The translations under genes and the position numbers were made by a program. Below, one piece after another: positions 35,389 to 47,559 of a stretch of 48,085 nucleotides of DNA. The DNA lies in the NCBI GenBank assembly GCA_904063045.1, contig CAJFCJ010000018.1, forward strand, positions 998,443 to 1,046,527. Reading direction: 5' to 3'. Every line of letters begins with the position of its first letter. Within the stretch, counting starts at the first letter, position 1. The notes beneath the pieces were generated by a model. It had not been told where the DNA came from and made no database searches. It saw only the letters and a program-made list of their open reading frames with translations. The DNA comes from Dimorphilus gyrociliatus (Eukaryota > Animalia > Annelida).

Positions 35389-36846
35389 ATGGTAGATATT
35401 TTAAATATTTGCTTTTCTCCTTACGCAATATATCTTATATCTTGCGTAATAAATCTATCAAAAGGAAGACAGAGTAAATATATAATTTATAATAGAATGA
35501 TAGCAATGATAAAGATATCTGTTTGTAGTATGCTTCACTGAAACTCTGGAAGGGAAGGTGATCCATTCAAATGATCTGACGTTTCAGGAAGGCGAAACGT
35601 TGGAAAAATGCAAATTGCTCTGCATTAATAACGTTTTATGCAAGTATGATTTAAAATATAATTTTTATCATTTTATCTACTTGAGTGAAAAAAAAATAGG
35701 TCAATTGATCTGGAAACTGTAGGCCTAAAGAGGTGCTTCCTCAATAGCGTTACTCCTGCAGAAGTTGGTGTTTCATTGGTGGACAATGTAGATTTTATAT
35801 ACTCTGGTCCAAAAGATGGAATATGCGACACCGTTGAGGTGAATGCAAGATGTTCAAGAATTTCTAATACAATCTGCGGATCGACAACAACCACACAATC
35901 GCAGTGCAATCTCAATGGCTGCTGTTTCTCAAACAATGTTTGCTATTACGACGATACGTCTGTACCGGGTTTTGTACAAACAAGGAGAGAAGGACAATTC
36001 ACTACATACTTGGAAGTTGATATTTCTATTAGCCTTGAAGAGTGCAATAGAAGATGTTTGTCAAAATCTCTTTGTAGATGTTTTACCTACAATTCCGAAA
36101 CAACTGTTTGCATTCTGACTACTGAAAATTGTAAAGTTTCAGGCAGTACTGTTCATGATAAAATCTCTTCTTATCAAAGAACAGCATATAAAAAGGTCAC
36201 GTGTTACAGTGCCAATTGCAATTTTGAACCTGAATTTGATACGGAAGATTTTACTATTTGCAGAGATAACTGCATTTCTGAATCAACTTGCGAATATTTT
36301 GTTTATACATTCGATAATCAACAAAATAAGTGTTCGACACAGGAAACTACCATTTGCGACACATTTTCTCCTACCTTCAGAGAATTGAATTACATCAATA
36401 CCTGCGTTAATGGACCAGTTTTCAAAGATACCATTCGACAAAAAGACACAAAATTAATACATATTACCGATAGTGACAACCCTGAAACTTGTGTTGATGT
36501 TTCTCTAGCTATGCAGTTTAGTTTAAGAGTACCTTGGCCATCAGTTGATCATGCCAACCAGAATTTTTACATTGAAATTACTGGACATAATTTTAACAAA
36601 TGTATTGATAAAATGGATCAATTATCGCCCACTGGACTTTTAGTCTATGTTCCCATAGCTATGCAAGTTGATCCACTATTCGAAGAATCTTTTCTGGGTT
36701 GTTCATTAATATCTGGAGATGATATGTCAAATTGTAAATATCTTTGCAGTTGTGGACTGCAATACTGTCAAGCAGTTTATATCAAAGCGTTTGGAGATAC
36801 AAATGAAAATATGAAAGTTTGTCATTACAATATAATAAACTTATAA
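35389..36846 (+). CDS. Intact 3-exon secreted protein: PAN/apple + trefoil (P-type) + PAN + PAN-like + Cys-rich C-terminal module
   Basis: Exons 35389-35473, 35529-35643 and 35700-36846 (GT-AG introns of 55 and 56 nt) splice in frame. Signal MVDILNICFSPYAIYLISCVINLSKG. ETLEKCKLLCINNVLCKSIDL..RCFLN is PAN; CSRISNTICGSTTTTQSQCNLNGCCFSNNVCY is trefoil; SLEECNRRCLSKSLCRCFTYNSETTVCIL is PAN. Confidence 0.85.
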
Positions 36847-36989
36847 TGTAAATACTAAAATTTTTGAATTATTCTAAAACACTATTCGACAGAGAGACAA
36901 TTTGTTTAGTCTCTAATGTTCCTAATAGATATTCATTTAAAAAAAATACACTTAAATCTACAGGATTTCTATTTTAAATCATTGAATAC

Positions 36990-37010
36990 AGAGAGAGAGA
37001 GAGAGAGAGA
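36990..37010. repeat. (GA)n microsatellite
   Basis: Ten uninterrupted GA units. Confidence 0.95.
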
Positions 37011-38011
37011 AAATATCAAAGGCTCTTTTTTTATTGTTACCATGACAACCGTGAAATAAATAATGGCAAATTGTTTGCAGCCACTTTGTAAAATGAATAT
37101 GTTAGATATGAAGATATTAAATGATTAATTATTGCCAATTGATAATAGTTCTTATTAATATATTGAAATTAAAGATACTTTAGAAAATAAGAATCTGGAA
37201 AAAGTTTCCAAAAAACATGACACAATTGACAAGTTATTAAAAATTGGTAGACAAGGTAAGCTAAATATGCAAGATGAAAGAAATTTGTCTTTTATACTGA
37301 GAAGAAAATTGTCTAGGAAGCAATTTGAAATGATTTTGTATCAGTAATATCTCTGTCTAAATGTAAGAAGACAACTTGACAAGATGATTGCAAAACCTTT
37401 TTGCCTATTTACTGTTTATGGTACAATAACTTAGTCTTTTTATGTTATTTTTCTTTAAAAATTTGACTTAATCTGTGTTAATTAATGAAAATTTCATCCA
37501 TCAACTTGGCAAAGGCAACAAATATTACAAACTAATAAGCTTATAGTCTATGTTGTTGCTACATGCAAAAATCGACTTTAAAAGCCTTTTCAAACAAGAA
37601 TTAAGTGAATCTTTTGCCAGAATGCAAAATGATATTAATGAAATAATACAGTCAGGAATCAAATGTCTTTTTTCCATTAATTGTAATAATCTATTAGATA
37701 CTGAGAAATATTTAATTAAAGCTTTGGCATTTAATATATTCAATTTGTTCTATGCTTTTTATCCCTTTGAAAAGATACATTGTATATTTAGCATTTAGAT
37801 AAGATGGATCCTATTTTATTCATTAATCAGCTTATGTAAAATTTATTTTCTCCACGCTTGTCATTGTAACAACATGAAAAATGAGTTTTTTCTCTTGCAT
37901 ATTTAAAAAAAAAGAATTATCACTCTACACAGAAAATATATGTTTCTTACTTTTACTTGACAGGGGCTGTTAGCTTACCATTGCTGGCAAACTTTCAATG
38001 ACTTTAAGTAG

Positions 38012-38646
38012 TGTACTGCTCTTGCTGGCAAAATCTATGCGTTTGCAAGTTATAACAATACTGGTTCTACTCGAACCTTTAAACAAATGTTTAAATTAAA
38101 ACGGTTTATTCGCAATAATAATACTTAAGCAAGTAACAATATGAGAGTTCGATAGCAGAGTAGATAGTTTGTAATAGCAGGTTGCCAAATTACCAAACTG
38201 TCTTCCAATGTTGAGGAGTAGATGGATGGTTCCAGTGGAGGTTGTTTCCAGATGATTTTCCCAGGTCCTTGGGTCCAGATGGAAGCTGCATGCCAAATGA
38301 GAATAATGAGGATTTATATACTTTGAGGTTTGTCTCTGACATCCAATCATCACTTTACAGTTGCCGAAATGTGTAGTTCATATTTATCTTTAGTAAGAGG
38401 ATGTTAGAAGGTTGAACATTTAGGAAGGTTAATTGAATTATAACTTGGCCACACCCTAGGCAAGTTAATTAAATTATAACTTGGCCAAACCTTTATTGGT
38501 AATTAAAGATGAGCCTTCAAGCTGACTAATCAGACTTATGTTTGGCCAATGTTATAGCATTTTCTTGTGTAGGTTTTAAGATGTACATGTATATGTTGCA
38601 TCAAATAATAGAGTTCAAGCATGTAAAATATAACCAAAGTTGTACA
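38012..38646 (-). mobile_element. Solo LTR (635 bp), second copy
   Basis: Same termini and length as 32159-32793, with its own TSD GTAG at 38008-38011 and 38647-38650. Confidence 0.9.
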
Positions 38647-39344
38647 GTAGTACTTTATTTTGGTGACTGTGTGACAACTAACCCCAATCTTCTAGAAAAT
38701 TTCTCTGCTTTTATAAGTGATAACAATGTGTCTGCCCAACACCTTGATATATAATCCAATGTTCCCATGAGGGATGCAATGGAAGGTGTTAACATATCAT
38801 TTAAAAATTTTAACTATTATATATTAGGATCATCCCAATCTTTCTGTAAATTGACATTGAAATATTTGTCAGATTTGCCAAATCAAAACAGTTCCTTTTT
38901 ATATAGTACTCAATTTGTATTTAGAATTAATCAAGCTTTTTCCAATATTTTAAAAATATTTAAACCCTTTACCTAATGCCATACAGCAAAAGACAAAATG
39001 ATAGACAATTATTATTTCATGATTTACTCTAATAAACTTATTTCCAAAGTTATGAAAAAGTGCTATTATCATCAATAATAATTCAGTTACCTTTGTTTTA
39101 TTTTGGATAGATTCCCAAAATAATATTTCACTGAGAATTCTGTAAAATCAATATCAGAAATAAATCAAAATGGCTGACTTGAAATGAGTACAAATATTAA
39201 AAACTGGTATATTCTAAGTAACAGAATATTATGGAATTAATTTAATAATTTACACACACATATATATAGTATATATAATATTATTCAAAATAATACATTT
39301 GTTAATGTATGTTAATTATTTTAAAGTTGGTATGGTTTAACTTC

Positions 39345-39410
39345 TTAATGGGTACAGTTTAACCCCTTTATGGGTACGGTTTAACCCTCTAGTGGGTACG
39401 TTTTAACATA
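39345..39410. mobile_element. Diverged MULE-type subterminal repeat cluster
   Basis: Three to four copies of GGGTACGGTTTAACCC-like units, a variant of GGGTACGGTTTCACCC. Confidence 0.55.
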
Positions 39411-40389
39411 TTAAAATCTCTTCTATTGGTAATGAGTTGTTTTTCAACTGTTTATGACTAATACCTGAAAAAAGAGAATAATTCCACTACTATTTTGTAA
39501 AACTAATAAATTTTAATATCTTTATGAATGATAAAATAGGTAATGAACAATTTTTACTATCAATAAATGATTATACCATTGAAACTGTAAACTTTGAATG
39601 CAGTTTAAAATAGTGTAAGGTTGGTTTCTCTCTTTTGGAATATTTGAAAGTTTCTATTTTGATTATTCATGGTAGACTATTTTAATATTTTAGTTATATA
39701 TATATATATGATAATAAATAAATACATCTTGTTTTGTTTTAAATTCTCTCTACTCTTCTATATTTCGACAGGGCTGTGTTTCTAGATTCAAAGGTTAGAT
39801 GATAGTGTAGACAACTTTATAGAATTGTTGGTGTGCATTTTTAATTTCCCAATATCATTGTTGTAAGGAATAATGATATTTAAAATTAATAATTAATGAT
39901 TATCACCTGAAATATTGATTACCCTTTTCTGTATTCCAAGTGTTTGCATCACATTTCTATTAATAAGACTTTTAATAGGTGTAGCATGTAAGTTTTATAC
40001 TTCTTTTATTCTATTCTTTTGTTCTTTGTTATATTCCAAGTTCCAGCATTTTCATTTTTTAAATATCAATATGACGGATCTTTTAAGTGTACAGACAGAT
40101 ATGCATAATAATATTAACCCTAACCCATGAGTTGTCAAGCTTCTTTCCAATATATTCTTCCTAACCCTCAGTTCAGCCCTACACCAACTGAAAAGATTAA
40201 GATGAAAACAGTAACAATGCATAATCATACTTTTGGTAAATTTTATAAAATATTCAAAAGAGAAAGTAGCCATTTTTAATCTCTTTATTTTATTATAATC
40301 AAACAATAAAAATTTGAAATAATCCAGACTATTTGTTTAGATTTACAAAATGATAAGATTTTTTTTAAAACTTTTTGCTGATTGTAATG

Positions 40390-41276
40390 TTAGGTACAAT
40401 CGAAAAGTTTCAAACTCAGAGAAACAATTGACAGGCTTAACAGAGAAGATCAGACCATTTCTCAGAGAACAATTGCCAAAAAATTAGATATTTGTCAAGA
40501 GGCTGTGGCAAAAATTATAAAAGAGCTGAGGTACAGAAAGATCTGTGCAAAATGGATCTTATGCTCTTAATGTAAACTAGAAGCAGGTAAGGCTGAGTCA
40601 TTGTATGGAGGTGTATGGAGCTACTCCAAAGATACTCAGCAGAAGGAGAAGACTTTTTAGAGAAAATTGTGACTAGAGATGAAACCTGGGTACACCTGTA
40701 TGATCCAGAATCAAAAAGGTCTTCTTTGACTTGTAAGCATATGTCATATCCACCTAAATCAGTTGAAAACTGATGTGCTCAGTTTTTTGAGACTGTTCAG
40801 GCTTAGTCCACATTGAATTCTTGGAGTATGGAGAAGTAGTCAATTCAATACAATATGTTAAGACCCTAAAGAGGCTAAGGAAGAGATTACATAGACTTAG
40901 ATCTGGAAAACAAATAATATTCCAAGGGGTGGTCATTGTGCCCTCACTCAGCATACAGCCCTGATTTGGCTCCCTGTGACTATTATCTTTTTGGGAGATT
41001 GAAGGACCATATCAGAGGATCCCTTTATGAAAATTTGGAGGAAAAGATGTCAAAGATATTTAAGGAGAAAACCAACCTTGTTTTACCTGAACGGCACTAG
41101 TCTACTTCCTAACAAATGGCAGACTTGAATAGACAAAGGAGGGGAGTATTAAAAAATTAAATTGATAATATTTGTAGAGTAGACTATAGGCTATAACATA
41201 CACAAAAATTGATAAATTTGATCAGAGATTTCTAACAAAAAAAACAAATAGTTTGAAAATTTTTGATCATACCTAA
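40390..41276 (+). mobile_element. Mariner element with both TIRs and a 5' internal deletion
   Basis: TIRs at 40390-40417 and 41250-41276. The left TIR abuts the mid-transposase (RETIDRL..EDQTISQR). VTRDETWVHLYDPESKR and PHSAYSPDLAPCDYYLF (mariner third-Asp motif) are present. Same family as 9290-10182. Confidence 0.9.
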
Positions 41277-41819
41277 TACAATATGTTGTCAATTGACAAA
41301 ACTCAGAAGATGTTTCTGCACAAAAGAAATATAGTTTTTAATTAATTTCTTGTAAAAGACTATGACCTTTCTCAAAGGATTGTTGTTAGAAAAATAGAAT
41401 AGAACAGGGGCTGAACAAGATATCACCATTAGGTTTTTGTGGGAAACCAAGAATAGAAATTTGTTTCAAAATTACAAGTCATATCTCCTTACAAGGAGAA
41501 ACAGAGAGTACTGTCTAGTTGGTATTTATATCATCAGCAGGATGATTGAATTAAGGGCAAGTTACAAATGTTACTATGTATGAAGTTGTGAAAAAACCAT
41601 CCAATTCTGAAACAAAAGTGTTGCATAAAATGAATAGTTTAAAAAAATAATTAATTAAAAAAATTCTTTGTCTAGAGAGTTCAAAAGAAATTTGATTCCA
41701 GTTACATGAATTTAAAAAATTTGAAACAATGTAAAAAGAAAAGAAATATTTTTATAAAAGTAGAAAGAATGTTTTTGTTAAAATAATTTCTTTCTTATTT
41801 TGTGTATTTTTTTTATAAA

Positions 41820-44400
41820 ATGAATAAAATTTTGTTTCTCTTTACAATCATTAATTTTTGAGAAATTTACACTATAAGTCAATTTCAGAATGGAAAAATT
41901 CAATATTCTTTAAAAGTTATAGAGGAATTTAAAGAATACAATTATGGATTAATGACAATGAAAAATCCTCTAATAAAAAATACAACCTTTATAATAAAGT
42001 ACAAAAAATTTTTATTAAAGAAAACAAATGAATTGTGTAAATTGTGTGGATATGATTCATATCATTCAATTTCAAATCCACGCTATGTAGGAAAGAGTAA
42101 ACTTATTGATTCCAATTATTATTATATATCCACTAAATACTTTGTTTAAGTAACAAAAATATTTTGTTGGATCAGCAAGAAATATCCACAAAAATCTATT
42201 CTACTACAATTCAATAGTTTTAATATTGCTCATTAAATTTCTTATTATCCAATAAAAAAAGGTTTGATACTGATCAAGAAATTGGATTATGTCTAAAATG
42301 TTTTAAAATGAATTCATCCTGTACAAATTTACTAATATTCTTGTTTTTTTTGTCCTAAATTGTAAAATAGTTGAATTAATTTGCTGATAATTTTGCATCT
42401 AAATTAAATTCTGTCCTGTTTGGCTTGTATTTAAAAATGGAGGGAAAAATTTTCTGAATTATCAATCATGCTAATAGTTCAAAAAATGTTTGTCAACATT
42501 CAGCTTTCGTATTACAAACTACACTTGGAAAATATTTTTCAAGTGTTAATATAGATTTTAAAGGTGGAGTAGTGAAAACTCAAATCATTTCTGCAAACAG
42601 CACTACTAGTAGATTTTTATGTAATTTCCTTGACCTTAAAGGTATTTTCTGAAATATTTTTGCAAATTCAAATTACTTTACCAAACCGAAATGTTGTTTT
42701 TGTTTCTCTTTAGATACAGAAATAATGAAATTACAATCAAATTTTGTAAATGATTATACATTTTCTCATTTGTACAAAAATATTTTTGATAAAAGTGATA
42801 TTTACTATTTTTCAAAAACATTTGGAGTTTTACCTCCATTTGTGGCATATTCAACTGATATGAACAGCGTTGTGTCAAAATTTGTTTATTCAATGTTGTA
42901 CGGAGGAAAACATGAAAAGTGTGTTTCTTACAGAAGTAAGCTTGTATTGGATATATTTTCTAAAAGAAATGTAAATAAATTAAATCACTAAAACAATTGA
43001 AATAAAAATTCGTTTTTTCATTTTCTGAAAGATTCATTTCTTTCATGGTTGTGAGTACAATGAAAATATTCATGACAATAAAAATTGTACCTTAATGTTT
43101 CAAAGTCCTTTAAAAACTTTTGAAAATTTGAAAAATATAATCTTCATACCAAATCTCTTATGTAACCTTAGCAAAAGTATCAATTAAATATATAATTTCC
43201 AAAAAATGACAATGACAAATAGTAAATATTTTTGAAAAAATGCAAACAGGCTATATCTTTTTAAGAATCCATCAAGATGAGAAACCTTTTGTAACAGGAC
43301 AACTAATGCTACAGTATTTCAATTCCCTTAAAGTTGTCAAATACAAATCAATTTCTACTTTTAAAAATCTATCAATCACAAACCAATTATGTTATGATGT
43401 AGGATATGATCGGATACATTCACTGTCCTTTCCATGCAATTTATATGAATCAATTAGCTCTTATGCTCAATTAAACTTTGTAAATGACACTTACAACTTG
43501 TAAATATATTAGTTTGTAAGAAATTTTCAAAACTGAACAATAATTGATATTTCATATTTTAAGGACTATAAGTAATAGATCAACAAGTGTTGGACTTGGT
43601 CTGAATTGCTTTAAAACAATGCCTCCTTGTTAAAATAGTCTTTTCTTTTTTGGAAAAATAATCAAATATTAAATATTTTTGTTTTCACCTAACAATTCAA
43701 ATTTAACATCTGTGGTGAAATGTTTGGATATCAATTCATCTTATTAATATTGAAGATATAAACCTTATATGCTCAAATTTTAACTTTCAAATGGGAGGAA
43801 TAGATAGTTTTTTTGCAGTTGATTTCCCTTATACTGAAGATCTTCCATTGGCCGGGAAAAATCCTGAAACGTATGAATTTTTTCTTCAATACAAATACAA
43901 ATCTATTAATTAATATCAATAAGACTTCTGATTTGTGATAAAATTGCAAAACTTATTTCTCATTGTAAATTTGTTTCAAGGTAAGTATAAATTTAAATTT
44001 AAATATTTAAAATATTTAAGATCAATATATCAGGGAATTTTATGATAAATTTAAAACTGATATTTCTCTCCAAAATTTTAATATTCACTTCAAAACTCAA
44101 AGTTAAGATTGATCATTTCACCTTGTTTAAATTATGTCAAATGGAATATTCTTTGTGGAAGAATGTTATGGAGAAAAAACTTTTGCAATTGGTGACATTT
44201 GCTACAAAATATTTTCGTTTGAAACAGAAATGGATTTTGAGTATATGGAGAATTTGTGCTCTACACAGAAAATGCATATGTCTTATCTACCATCAAATCA
44301 ATTAGAAATAGTACCAAAAACTATTGATTATTTTTCTCAGTTTCAAAAATTTATAAAAGAGAAAAAAACAAAGTTCTTTAACAGTTGGCATTCATCAATT
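41820..44400 (+). pseudogene. Heavily degraded SRCR/C-type-lectin ectodomain paralog of the 10.3-13.5 kb region
   Basis: EECYGEKTFAIGDICYKIFSF..MENLCSTQKMHMSYL parallels DCSGEFVVIINDVCYYLF..LDNFCKSKNLSLADY. NELCKLCGYDS is SRCR-like. Signal-like MNKILFLFTIINF at 41820. Many stops. Confidence 0.45.
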
Positions 44401-44831
44401 ACAATTGACTTTTTCTTAATTTTATATATACAGTACCACCCCCTTTTTTTCTATAATAATTAAGATTATTTTGGTTTAACATGAATTTTACTTACAAAAA
44501 TATGACATGACAATTATGACTTTATAATCAACATTTTCAACTAATTAAATTTTCGTATTTCAGTCTTTCAATAACAAAAATTCCCTTATTTTTCTTCAAA
44601 GTTTAGTTTGAAATATATTCTTTTTTTTCATTTTCTGTCAGAATACATAAAGTTCATGCATTTCTAGAATTATAATTCAAAATCACCACTCTGCTTTAAT
44701 GTTCAACTGACAAGTGAAAGGTATGATGGTTGGATATTGGGATTTTCAGTTTTTGGAATATTGACATTTATATTAAGTTTAGTGATTTTAAAAATAATTA
44801 ACTCATATATCTTTTCTTTTTGTTCTTGTTG

Positions 44832-46768
44832 TCAACTTTTTTTTTTAAAAAAAAAACCCAAAAATTTCTTAACCAATGAGAAAAAGAAAACAACTTTTAC
44901 ACTTTTTTGTACAAATGTTGAAATTTCGCAAATCTGCTCATCTTGTTCCCATAGCTTAAATTTTTTATTGATCATTAATTGATCAATCTTTGCAGTGTGA
45001 CAGAGATAATCACAAATAAAAATTGGACTATAAATAGAATATTCGATTTTAATGAATTGGCATTGTTGATAAGAATTAATTTGACAAGTGGTATTCTCTC
45101 TTTTAAAAACCTCAAAATCATTGCAATCAGTAATCTTTCCTTGATTTTTCAACCAAATTGAAACTTTTATAGAACTGTTTACAATATGGCTGAGATAAAT
45201 GATATTTGATTTAATGTCATTTGAACAAGTAGACAGATCATTGTCAATAATAATTCCATTAGAAGATGATTTAGATTCAATAAAAGAAATAGTAAATAGA
45301 GGACTAGTTAACATTTTAATAAAATTTTCTTTAGTATCTTTGTATTTTTTACCAATGCATAATTTCAAAGCTGGAATTTGGTGAGAAGTTAAATGTAAGA
45401 TATAAATCTCTTGAGCGTTTGATTTATATCTGCATGAACAGTTAAAGTAGTTCTGAAAGCATTTAGAATAATCATATAAAAATGTATAGTTCATGCCATT
45501 TTGATATTGTAAAGTTGCAAGGATGTTCTCGCTCTTTCCAGGTGTGCATTTGATATAGATTTTCTGATAGCGAAGATAAGTATTGAATTCAATTATTCTC
45601 TCTCCCAACACGTACGAATCGCTGGATAGAAAGATAAAGAAAAACTGATTCTCTCTTTAAAAAACAATCTATGTAAAAAAAAAACAAACTCTGTTGGATA
45701 TAGATTCTTGCTGCTATCGCAAGGATCCGCTGTTACTGGTGTATATCGAATATAGAATGAGCTAGAAGACACGTAATCTTTAGTTCTCAAACTCTTTTCA
45801 GACTCTCTCCGACATTGCAAATGCCTGACTTTTGGCAGAGAGCTAAATGCTTTTATTTCATATATTTCAATAAATTTTCCTGCCTCTGCATTAAAAACAA
45901 ATTTCAGCCATTTTGTTTGTAATTTTGTAGAAATTTTTGTCCAATTCGACGTTTTATTAACATTTATATACGATTTAATATCCTCACTAAATAGGCCTAT
46001 TTCGTCAATTTCATTCTCTAACGGTTGATTGATGTGTATTTCCTGTATAGTATATTTTTTAAAAGTTTCAACTTTTATAAAAGCTATTGCATCATTGGTA
46101 GTCTGAGTCCACATTTGATTGATATATGGAATACTATCCTCAAAGGCTGCTCTGCAATTTCCACTTGAGACTGTACAGACAGATCCAGATTCTAATTTCG
46201 CAACATCCTCATAAGAAAACGTAAACATGTCTTCAACATAAATTAATTCTGGAAAATTTGGATTTGAATTTTTATACCATTCAACACACGATGAATACGC
46301 TTTTATTGTTGCCAATATTTGCATCTCACCAATTTCAAGGTTATTGTACGGCGATTGAATTAAATACAATAGCATGTTGGTCGAAGGTAGATGATTCGTC
46401 AGGTGAATTTCATTCCATCCTTGAATATATTTGTGATAGTACTCATCGCGAGTAGTGTCATTATTTTCAACAATAATCTTTAAAGCTTCGCTTTCATTTC
46501 TTAATTTCAAAATTCGAACTTTTTCAAAATGTATAGTTCGAAAAGTATCTGTATTAAACAGTAATTCAATATCTGAAATATTGGAAATACTCAAAGAGGT
46601 TTGATACGATTTTCGTGTTCCGTCTCTCAGATATTTATTCTTAAACCGTAGATGATTCTTTGGAACATTGTAGCCATTTTGATATTGTTCTTCAAGAGTA
46701 TTAACGTATCGTTCAAAATAACCATTGCACCCAATTAAAACAGCAGTAAACAGGCTAAAAATGATCAT
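44832..46768 (-). CDS. Secreted protein with tandem discoidin/F5-8C-like domains and Cys-rich C-terminal module (apparently intact; true 3' end uncertain)
   Basis: ATG 46768 MIIFSLFTAVLIGCNG. A 68-nt GT-AG intron (45689-45622) joins the two long ORFs in frame (PTD-DSYVLGERI). EDVAKLESGSVCTVSSGNCRAAFED parallels NIASKRKGATCTASSTYSSKYQCKNALD; the domain ends NNLEIGEMQIL and KFIEIYEIKAF. Confidence 0.75.
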
Positions 46769-47269
46769 TTTCTCTTGTATGGTAAAAACATGAGACTTTG
46801 AAAAAAAAACAAAGACACTGACACAAGTGATTATCAATATACTGTATTTATATATATAAAATAATTCTAATTATCAAAATCAATATATTTCAACAACTAA
46901 TAGTTTTCCACCTGAATACTTTGCAATTATCAAATGAGGACACTTGACATTGCTTCTCAGCCATTGTTATCAGTTTTTTTAACATAACATACAAAAGATT
47001 CCAGTTACAAATTTTTACCTTTTCTAGTTGCATATTGTTATGCTTGACAAAATCAATTGCAAGCCATGTATGATCAGAGAAACTATGGGATTTTCAACCC
47101 CCTCACCTTGGTCAAATGTCATGTATTGTTTAGATATCTAAAATTAGAAATAATAGCATAATTGACATTTAATTGAGCTAATGTCAATCATCTCTAATAT
47201 TAAACCTTAAAATGAAAATAGTGATATTTAATTCAAATTTAATTGAACATTTTGCCACTTATTGCATAG

Positions 47270-47400
47270 ACTGCGCACTCACTACACAAGAGCTGTAAAG
47301 TGGTGACTGGATAGTAGAGAAAAGTCTTCAAGTATATATTACACTTCTGAGTAGAGCCAGTACTGTTATAAGTTGCAAATGCATGAATGGCTGGACAATT
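47270..47400 (+). mobile_element. Deleted fragment of the 635-bp LTR family
   Basis: gctgtaaagtggtgactggatagtagagaaaagtct (as at 28295-28331) joined to gagtagagccagtactgttataagttgcaaatgcat (3' part of the LTR). Confidence 0.7.
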
Positions 47401-47559
47401 GTGCTTATGATTAAAACTATTATAATCTAATTTATTCTCCTCTGAGGTGTTGTCCTTTTATAATTCAATTAGCCAACCTAAGTGTTTGACTGACCTTGTA
47501 ACATTCTCTTATTAAAGATAAATAGGACATTAGACAAAGTGACAGTTGTCTAATCTATG

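Noticed and set aside
37080-37800. Degraded coding remnants here and at about 1100-2140
   Set aside because: Protein-like stretches with many stops and no identifiable family; too weak to call.
38096-38353. 85-aa ORF (and 38542-38754) as a protein-coding gene
   Set aside because: Lies within the solo LTR; the sister copy has a stop in the same region.
32159-38646. One full-length LTR retrotransposon spanning both 635-bp repeats
   Set aside because: Each repeat has its own distinct 4-bp TSD, and the interior holds intron-containing host genes with no gag/pol, PBS or PPT seen.
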